40,816 nt of DNA from a virus. Taxonomy: Duplodnaviria; Caudoviricetes. Under the pieces are notes generated by a model. The model did no database searches. It had not been told where the DNA came from and saw only the letters and a list, made by a program, of their open reading frames with translations. Below are positions 34,634 through 40,816 of the stretch, in pieces (position 1 is the stretch's first letter; every line of letters begins with the position of its first letter). The DNA lies in the IMG/VR virus record IMGVR_UViG_3300043748_000042, positions 1 through 40,816 of that record. One strand, written 5' to 3'. The translations under genes were made by a program, and so were the position numbers.

Positions 34634-36210
34634 CAGCGCATCACCACCACAGTGCTCTCGGGGTTGGATCGGGCCAGTCCTGCGGCGATGGCGTCGCCAG
34701 CTGCCTCGTGGGCGAGCACGGACACCACCCCCATGTCGATTTTCTGGGCGGTCGACGCCTTGCGGAGGACGTACCGGTCGCCCGGTCGGGCCGCCCGGCG
34801 GGCGTTGCCGATGTGGGCGGACGTGGCCTGGCAGCCGTCGTGCCGGAAGGTAGTGGCCGCCTTGGTGACGTCGGTCAGGAGCCGCTCGGCGGCGGCGTGC
34901 ATCTGGGCGATGCGGTAGGTGGCCCAGCGAACCACCCGGTCGCCGTACCGGTCGGCCCACTCGTCGATCTCGGTCTCCCAGTACGGCGGGTCGGCGTACA
35001 CCCGGACGACGTCGTAGGTACGCATCAGCTCGTCCAGCGCGGCGGCGACCTCCAGGCGCGGCACCTGGCCGCCCCACTCGCGCGGGTCCCAAATCGTCGG
35101 CAGCTGCAGCGAGCTGTACGTCGGCGTGAACTGGTAGCCGTCCAGCGTCTCGGCCCGGAGCCCGGTCCAGTCGTCCAAGTCAGAGCCGTCGAAGCCGAGC
35201 ACGATCCGGGTACCGGGCGCGACCAGGCGTGGCTCGGCCAGCGTGTCCCAGACGGGACGTTCCAGCCAGGTACCGGTGCCGGCCGTGATGCGGTTGCCGA
35301 AGAACCTCTCCGCCTGGGCGATGTCCTTCTCGGCGAGTTCGGCGGCCTCGGCCTCGATGGCGTCGAGATCGACCCAGCCGCCCGGGCGCTTCGCGGAGTC
35401 GCCGTAGACGGTCCGGTGGATCTTGCGCCGGTCCCGCTTGAGCTTGTAGTCGAGCCGCGGGTCGGCGAGCCGGTGGTCCCGGTAGATGTCGCGGACCCGG
35501 GACTCGGCGGTGCGTTGGGCTACGGAGTCCTCGCTGGGGTCCCACGCGTTGGTGGTCTCGATCGAGCGGCCACCCATGCCGGCGAGGCCGCGGCGCTGGG
35601 TCTCCGCCACGGCGACCATGCCCGAGGCGACCGTCCATAGGCCGGTCTCGTCCTGCACGACGAACGTCACGCGCTGGCCGAGGCGGGTACGGGCGCGGGA
35701 GGTGACAGGGTCGATCCGGCCGCCGCCCGGCAGATTGATCCGGGTATCCCCGGTGTCCGGAATAAGGTCGGCGAGCGGGCCCAACTCCACCATGGGCTGC
35801 AGCGCGGCGTAGACGTTGGCCGTCTGATCCTCAGAGTTCGCGGCGATCTGGATCAGCGGTGTTGGCCACGGTCGGCCGACCGGCTCGCCGTCGGCGTCCC
35901 AGCCGTCGAACAGGACCGGGCCGACCGCCTCGGCGCAGATCAGCGACGCCGAGAAGGGGCCCTTCCCCCACTTCTGGGGCCGGACGAGCTGGCTGCGGCG
36001 GTAGGTGAAGGCCGGCGCGCGTTGCCCGGGCTGGGCGTCCGGCCGCAGCCGGTAGTGGTGGGCGAGGAATTCCCACATCTCGTCCGTCAGCCGGTACGGC
36101 TCGCCCGCCCGGTCGCCGTCTGGGATGACGCAGTACTCCTCGATCCACTCCCCGACCAGCCAGCCGAGGGAGGGGAACTCGCCCTTGTACTCAGCCCCCC
36201 GCCACGGCAT
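34633..36210 (-). CDS. terL: Terminase large subunit
   Basis: RPQKWGKGP Walker A, VVQDE Walker B, LGFDGS nuclease motif, KIDMGV. Confidence 0.92.
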   Translation of the reverse strand: MPWRGAEYKGEFPSLGWLVGEWIEEYCVIPDGDRAGEPYRLTDEMWEFLAHHYRLRPDAQPGQRAPAFTYRRSQLVRPQKWGKGPFSASLICAEAVGPVLFDGWDADGEPVGRPWPTPLIQIAANSEDQTANVYAALQPMVELGPLADLIPDTGDTRINLPGGGRIDPVTSRARTRLGQRVTFVVQDETGLWTVASGMVAVAETQRRGLAGMGGRSIETTNAWDPSEDSVAQRTAESRVRDIYRDHRLADPRLDYKLKRDRRKIHRTVYGDSAKRPGGWVDLDAIEAEAAELAEKDIAQAERFFGNRITAGTGTWLERPVWDTLAEPRLVAPGTRIVLGFDGSDLDDWTGLRAETLDGYQFTPTYSSLQLPTIWDPREWGGQVPRLEVAAALDELMRTYDVVRVYADPPYWETEIDEWADRYGDRVVRWATYRIAQMHAAAERLLTDVTKAATTFRHDGCQATSAHIGNARRAARPGDRYVLRKASTAQKIDMGVVSVLAHEAAGDAIAAGLARSNPESTVVVMR

Positions 36211-36385
36211 CGCTGTTGTCCACCTTCAGGCGCGAGAGATCCGGGTCACCCTTGAAGCCGATCACGGCTGCCAGGCCCAGGGTTTCTCTCAGGACACGCA
36301 CGGCCCCGTTGAGGTCGTCGGTGACGGCTCCGATGTTGGAGATGACCAGGACGTCCCCGGGCTCCAGCTTCACGACGTGGGCCAT
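36191..36385 (-). CDS. Hypothetical protein between terS and terL
   Basis: AGGAGG SD, TGATG coupling. Confidence 0.55.
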   Translation of the reverse strand: MAHVVKLEPGDVLVISNIGAVTDDLNGAVRVLRETLGLAAVIGFKGDPDLSRLKVDNSDAVAGG

Positions 36386-36867
36386 CAAGCGCCTCCTGCT
36401 GCCTCGTTGGAGTCGACCACCCGAAGTCGCTGCCGCGCCGTCTGCCGGCCCCGGACGGGCCGATCCTGCCGCTGTTCGGCGATCTCGTCCGAAGCGATCT
36501 CCCACCGCAGTCGGAGGAGGGACTGAGGGTTCAAGCCGAGCCGGTCCTCCAACTGCCGCGCTTCGGTGGCCGCCTTCACGTTGCCGCCCTCGGCGAGCAC
36601 CGAGAACCGAACGAACCGCGCCACGGTCAACACCGCGTGGGTTCGCTCCCACATGACCGCCTGGGGTGTCGACCACAGGTCGGCCCAGAGTTCCGCCTCG
36701 CGTTCGCGGAGCGCGCCGAGGTCGTCGTCCTTCGCAACCAGCGGAGCAAGCGGGAACCGCGGTGGATCCCCGGGGCGCCCTTCGACCGGCAGTCGGGTCA
36801 TGGCCACGGTGGCGTTGCGGCGGCGGCGTTCCCCTGCTGCCTTCGGAGCCGGCCCCATTCCCGCCAT
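36385..36867 (-). CDS. terS: Terminase small subunit
   Basis: GPAPK..RRRRN, WADLWSTPQA..W, EARQLEDRLGLNPQSLLRLRWEI. Confidence 0.85.
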   Translation of the reverse strand: MAGMGPAPKAAGERRRRNATVAMTRLPVEGRPGDPPRFPLAPLVAKDDDLGALREREAELWADLWSTPQAVMWERTHAVLTVARFVRFSVLAEGGNVKAATEARQLEDRLGLNPQSLLRLRWEIASDEIAEQRQDRPVRGRQTARQRLRVVDSNEAAGGA

Positions 36868-37014
36868 CGCCATCACCTCCGGCGCAGTCACAAGGAGTTA
36901 CATCAGGGAGCGGCCGGAGGCGCCCCGAGGGTCACCAGACCCGTACAGACGGCGATAGCCCTCCCCGGCGGTCCGGAACAAGATCGGCTTTGGGGGTCTC
37001 CCCCCTGGGTATGG

Positions 37015-37383
37015 TCACCCTCTGTGACGTGCCGCCCAGCCGCCAGGCTGATGCTGAGCCGTCTCACGGCTGTGGCACGTCGCGCACAGTCCGCGGCCGT
37101 GCTCGGGGTTGTTGGGGTCCTTGCCTGCCTCTACCAGCTCGCGTCTGCTGAGCGGATGATGATCGGCATGCACGCTGGGATCGCGGCGGCATAGGACGCA
37201 CACGGGGTCCCGGGCCAGGACGGCGGCGCGGAACCGGCGCTCGTGCGTGCCGTCGTAGCCGCGCTGGCGTGCGCTGCCGCGTCGCTGCTCGGCCTCGCGA
37301 CGGTGATCCTCGCATCGGCCACGGTCGGTGTACTCGGGGCAGCCAGGGACGCTGCAGACGGCGAAGGCTCGGCGCCGGGCCAC
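37015..37383 (-). CDS. HNH endonuclease (packaging-associated)
   Basis: RDPVCVLC...ADH...GLCATCHSRET; upstream of terS. Confidence 0.88.
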   Translation of the reverse strand: MARRRAFAVCSVPGCPEYTDRGRCEDHRREAEQRRGSARQRGYDGTHERRFRAAVLARDPVCVLCRRDPSVHADHHPLSRRELVEAGKDPNNPEHGRGLCATCHSRETAQHQPGGWAARHRG

Positions 37384-37458
37384 GCGGATCACCTCCTGGA
37401 CGATCACGATTGAGGAACTGGCGTGGTGGCCAGGTGCGTGGGCTGGGATCCTCGGGCC

Positions 37459-37992
37459 ATGTCTGACGAGGTGGCAGAGTCGCAGTCGGTGTTGCAGTCC
37501 GTTCCCGTTGAGCCGCCGCAATCGGCGCCTACTGCTGGACGCTGGCGTACAGCGTTGATCGGTGGACTGGTTGGCGTGGCGGTTGGTGCCGGAGCGGTTG
37601 GTGCAGCGTGGGCCGTGTCCGGCGAGGATCAGCCGACAGGGTCTACTGCGGGGCCAGCGGCGTTCACGCTGACCGGGACACTGACGGTGTCGGGTACCAG
37701 CTACTCCTCGACCGACCCGAGAGGCTGTACAACCTCGGGTGGCTACACGGACATCAGCAACGGGGCCGCTGTGACGGTCTACGACGCGGCCGGCACCGTC
37801 GTGGCCAAGGGGACGCTGGGCCTCGGAACGGATGGGTTGCCTCTGTCGCGGCAGGAATGCGTGTTCCCGGTGTCGGTTCCGAACGTCCCTGCGGGCCCGC
37901 GGTTCTATCAGGTGGAGATCAGCCACCGGGGGAAGTTGACCGTGTCCGCCGACGACGCGGTGGCCGGCCGGTTCACTGCTTCGCTGCGGTGA
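37459..37992 (+). CDS. Membrane-anchored protein (moron-like, opposite strand)
   Basis: One TM helix then a beta-rich domain with two Cys. Confidence 0.75.
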   Translation: MSDEVAESQSVLQSVPVEPPQSAPTAGRWRTALIGGLVGVAVGAGAVGAAWAVSGEDQPTGSTAGPAAFTLTGTLTVSGTSYSSTDPRGCTTSGGYTDISNGAAVTVYDAAGTVVAKGTLGLGTDGLPLSRQECVFPVSVPNVPAGPRFYQVEISHRGKLTVSADDAVAGRFTASLR

Positions 37993-38311
37993 CGTCGAGG
38001 CGGCTGGCGATCGCCCGCACGAGCCCGAGCGTCTCCGTGTCGGCGGCCAGGTCCTGCTCGGCCCTCTCGCGGTCGCGTTCGGCGGCGCGGTTCTGCGAGA
38101 GCAGGATCAGCGGCGCGGCGTATGCGGCCTGGGTGGAGAACAGCAGGTTCAGCAGGATGAACGGGTACTCGTCCCAGCGGCCGATGATGCCGATGACGTT
38201 GAGGGCCATCCACACGACGACGAACGCGGTCTGGATCCAGATGAACCGCCAGCTCCCGAAGGCGCTCGCGACTCGATCGGCGGCGCGCTGGCCGAGGGTG
38301 TCGTCGGGCAT
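37973..38311 (-). CDS. DUF1003-like membrane protein (start uncertain)
   Basis: AADRVA..FGSWRFI, YPFILLNLLFSTQAAYAAPLILLSQNR. Confidence 0.85.
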   Translation of the reverse strand: MPDDTLGQRAADRVASAFGSWRFIWIQTAFVVVWMALNVIGIIGRWDEYPFILLNLLFSTQAAYAAPLILLSQNRAAERDRERAEQDLAADTETLGLVRAIASRLDVTAAKQ

Positions 38312-38385
38312 GGTCACCTTCGCTTGGGTGTGGGAGCGGCCCGCCACGGGGGGATGATGACGGGCCGCTGGTCTGGGAAAGGCGA

Positions 38386-38415
38386 AAGCCCCGCGGCATG
38401 TGGCCTGCGGGGCTT
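38386..38415 (-). terminator. Intrinsic terminator
   Basis: AAGCCCCGC...GCGGGGCTT stem followed on the minus strand by TCGCCTTT. Confidence 0.55.
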
Positions 38416-38481
38416 CCGGCAGTTTCTGTGTCCGGGCACGCCGAACTTGGGGCCCAGTGTGGATCACCGAGTGGCGACCCG

Positions 38482-39084
38482 TCAAGCGGCCTTGGATTTG
38501 CAGATCTGGGTGATCCGGCTGGGGTCGGTTCCGACAATGGCGGCGAGCCTGGACCGGTCGACGTTCCCGGCACGGAGTCGGCGGATCAGGGCGTCGCGTT
38601 CGCGTACCGCGTTCTCACCGTCGTTGACCCGTTGAGCGGCGCGGGCGAGTGCCGTGAGCGCGCTCACGCCGAGGGGACTGTCGTCGTCGGGGATGGGCTG
38701 CCAGTCGGTGAGGACGCTCACGGCGCGGGCGCGGTGCAGTTCGGCGTCGTCGGGGTTGAGCAGGCAGTCGGGGGTCGCGCTGAGGGTGATGCGGCTGGGC
38801 CCGGGCTGCGGGGTGATGACGTTCACGATCTCGATCCGGCCGTCGGTGAGCGTGCTCACGTGTCCGGTGGCGTAGGTGTAGTGCGGGCTGTGGCCGTGGG
38901 CGCCGGGGGCGCTGATCTCGACGGTTGCCTGTTGGGTGCCGTCGGCGAGGGTGGTGGTGTCCCAGATGGTGGCGTATCCGTGGATGGTCCAGGAGCCGGC
39001 GATGTCGTGGAGTTCGACGGTGTGCCAGGCGCCGATGGTGAGGCCGCTCATGGTGGTGGTCTCCGGGTGGGTGAGGGCGCTCAC
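38482..39084 (-). CDS. Hypothetical protein with C-terminal HTH
   Basis: RDALIRRLRAGNVDRSRLAAIVGTDPSRITQI. Confidence 0.7.
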   Translation of the reverse strand: MSALTHPETTTMSGLTIGAWHTVELHDIAGSWTIHGYATIWDTTTLADGTQQATVEISAPGAHGHSPHYTYATGHVSTLTDGRIEIVNVITPQPGPSRITLSATPDCLLNPDDAELHRARAVSVLTDWQPIPDDDSPLGVSALTALARAAQRVNDGENAVRERDALIRRLRAGNVDRSRLAAIVGTDPSRITQICKSKAA

Positions 39085-39107
39085 GGGTGTGGGGTGAGCG
39101 CCCTCAC
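38654..39107. repeat. Cluster of GTGAG-N4-CTCAC palindromes
   Basis: Exact at 38654, 38708, 38846, 39071, 39094; one-mismatch copy at 39038. Confidence 0.8.
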
Positions 39108-39129
39108 GGGCGGGTGGGGCGGTGGGGTT

Positions 39130-39855
39130 TCAGGCGGCGTCGAGGCCGTCGAGGAGGGCGAACATGCTGGCGTGGGTGCCGCAGTGGCGGCAGAGGATGC
39201 GGGGCTCGCCCTGGCCGGTGAGCATCTCGAGGGTGCCGCCGCAGCCGCAGGAGACGCTGAGACGAGTGTGGGTGACGTCCTCGGTGTCGCCGAGGGTGCG
39301 GTCGAGGCGGTGCCGGACGGCGGCGGCCACCGTGCCAATACGGGCCCGCTCGGCGTCCGACAGCGGCCGGAACGGGCCGTCCTCGCCAGCGATGCGGCTG
39401 GCGAGCCAGGCGGCGGCCGTCGCGCCGTCCCGGTGTGTCAGGTTGAACCGCCAGCGGCGCGCGTCCTGCTGGTCCTTCAGCCCCATGAGGGCGAGCGAGC
39501 GGGCGACGTCGTCGTTCGGAGCCGCCGACCGGATCCGGGTGGTGAACGCGGGCCGCTGGACCGTCGAGGCGATCTCGTCGGCCAGGGCGAGGAGTTCGCC
39601 CTCGAGCTCGCTGATCGTGTCGAGCACGGACACCCGAAGCGGGGCCGGCCGTTCGCCGGGGGCGACCGCGGTCCGCTCGGCGCGCTCGACTGCGGCGGCC
39701 TGGTCGGCGGCCGAGAGCTGATCTTCGTCGTCCTGCATGTGCTGGATCCCCATGACGGGCGGCCACGCGGCAGGCGTACGTGCCTCGAGCAACTCGCGCA
39801 GCACGGGCCACTGGTCGGCAATGTGGGTGAGGTCGGTGTGGGTGCTGCTGGTCAT
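39130..39855 (-). CDS. Hypothetical protein with C-terminal zinc ribbon
   Basis: AGGAG SD; SCGCGG...LCRHCG. Confidence 0.7.
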   Translation of the reverse strand: MTSSTHTDLTHIADQWPVLRELLEARTPAAWPPVMGIQHMQDDEDQLSAADQAAAVERAERTAVAPGERPAPLRVSVLDTISELEGELLALADEIASTVQRPAFTTRIRSAAPNDDVARSLALMGLKDQQDARRWRFNLTHRDGATAAAWLASRIAGEDGPFRPLSDAERARIGTVAAAVRHRLDRTLGDTEDVTHTRLSVSCGCGGTLEMLTGQGEPRILCRHCGTHASMFALLDGLDAA

Positions 39856-39908
39856 GGGTGGCTCCTGGACGTCAGACGGAACGGACTGGGGACGAGCGTC
39901 AGAGGGGA

Positions 39909-40580
39909 TCAGGTGTGCGCGGACGGGGCCGGGACCGGGCAGCCGCGCAGTTCGCCGAACGTCATCTCTCTGATCGCGGCGTACTTCTGCTCGGTGGTGT
40001 GGCCGTCCCACAGGGCACGCGGGTCGTCGGGCTGGACGTGCTCGACGTGGGCGTAGAGGTCGGCGTCCTGGGGGTGGATATGCCATGAGAGCTGACGGCC
40101 GCCCGCAGTGATGTAGAGGATCTGCCAGCCGGGTTCGTCGATGTCGGTGGCGGGGGTGATGACGGCGGGGTGGACGGTGGCGAGCCAGGCGGTGAGGTGG
40201 GCGCGCTCGCGGTAGGCGCCGTCGCGTTCTGCCTCGGCGGTCTCGGCGCGGGTCAGCTGGTCGTGGGCGATGCGGGCGAGGTCGTCGCAGCCTCGTTCGG
40301 CTGCGGCAACGGTGTGGCCGAGGGCAGTGCTGAACTCGACCGCTCGGCGGCGGGCGTTGTGCCACGCAGAGCGGTAGCGGCTGGCCCGGGCGGCCTGCTG
40401 CTGGAGCTGGTTGACGTACGCGCCGGAGGGTGCGCGGCGGAGGGCGGCGCCGGTCCCGGCGAGGCTAGCGCGGAGCTGCTGTATGCCGGCGCGGAGTCGG
40501 GCGTGCTCGTCCGGGGTGAGTGAGCGGTGGTCGGTGTGGCCGATGAGGTGGTCGAGCTGTTCGGCGTTAGGCGGGGTCAT
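39909..40580 (-). CDS. Coiled-coil protein with C-terminal WDGH-motif domain
   Basis: YRERAHL...QLSWHI...WDGHTTEQKY. Confidence 0.7.
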   Translation of the reverse strand: MTPPNAEQLDHLIGHTDHRSLTPDEHARLRAGIQQLRASLAGTGAALRRAPSGAYVNQLQQQAARASRYRSAWHNARRRAVEFSTALGHTVAAAERGCDDLARIAHDQLTRAETAEAERDGAYRERAHLTAWLATVHPAVITPATDIDEPGWQILYITAGGRQLSWHIHPQDADLYAHVEHVQPDDPRALWDGHTTEQKYAAIREMTFGELRGCPVPAPSAHT

Positions 40581-40741
40581 TGGCACTCCAGGTGTGCGAT
40601 GAGCTGGGCAAACTGGTCGTCCACAGCGGCCTGCTTGTCCTGCTCGGCGTGGGTTCGGGTGTCGAGGTGGCCGAGGAGTGCCGCTCCGAGGCCGGCGCCG
40701 AGGAGGGCGCCGGCCAGGACCAGCCAGGGGCTGACAGTCAC
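40577..40741 (-). CDS. Small membrane protein (54 aa, not in ORF track)
   Basis: Hand-translated VTVSPWLVLAGALLGAGLGAALLGHL...LECQ; GTGA overlap with the MTase stop and ATGA overlap with the next gene. Confidence 0.65.
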   Translation of the reverse strand: MTVSPWLVLAGALLGAGLGAALLGHLDTRTHAEQDKQAAVDDQFAQLIAHLECQ

Positions 40742-40816
40742 GCGGCGGCTCCGGCAGGTGCGGCCTGGGTGGTGGCGCGGTGCCAGAGTTCAGCAAGTGC
40801 AGCGAGGGCCTGTTGC

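Larger units (their letters stand above)
1..40689. mobile_element. Complete temperate siphovirus genome (actinophage), excised/circular form
   Basis: Full terminase-portal-capsid-tail-lysis set, integrase/repressor, replication genes, circular overlap, intact attP-like region. Confidence 0.93.

Noticed and set aside
33203-35092. ORF-track extended starts (portal 35092, minor tail 21105, HNH 37926, 27771-28856 etc.)
   Set aside because: Extensions overlap upstream genes and are low-complexity; starts were reassigned using SD sites and stop-start coupling.
40690-40816. Biological direct terminal repeat
   Set aside because: Length equals a common assembly k-mer, it lies within coding sequence, and the HNH/terminase layout points to ends near 36.9 kb.

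Overview
The window is an apparently complete, circularly permuted temperate siphovirus genome of a high-GC actinobacterium, most likely Streptomycetaceae. Bases 1-127 are identical to 40690-40816, which looks like an assembler k-mer overlap, giving a unit length of about 40,689 bp in the excised, attP-containing form. Modules: (i) minus-strand early/replication operon (cro-like HTH, Xis-like HTH, small genes, replication initiator with internal iterons, helicase-loader-like protein, C5 DNA methyltransferase with a nested alternate-frame gene); (ii) plus-strand immunity/integration cassette (XRE repressor, ImmA/IrrE metallopeptidase, tyrosine integrase whose 3' end contains attP and reproduces in frame the C-terminus of an L-serine dehydratase); (iii) accessory region 9.6-15.8 kb; (iv) minus-strand packaging, head, tail and lysis genes (HNH, TerS, TerL, portal, MuF-like, scaffold, Prp-like protease, capsid, connectors, major tail, two tail-chaperone paralogs with a -1 frameshift, tape measure, Dit, minor tails, amidase, holin). 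The best candidate for an undescribed system is a secreted pro-peptide carrying DSVWG twice, divergently paired with a TrmB/LuxR-type regulator and a palindromic operator next to attP and a hairpin-rich segment: a possible phage peptide-communication module without an RRNPP receptor. Other highlights are the dual-frame methyltransferase, a 62-aa Prp protease with a shared PWFxLxRH leader on scaffold and capsid, 10-bp-phased repeats shared by the lytic promoter and attP, and a cluster of GTGAG-N4-CTCAC palindromes in one HTH gene. All calls come from motif recognition and synteny; no database searches were run.
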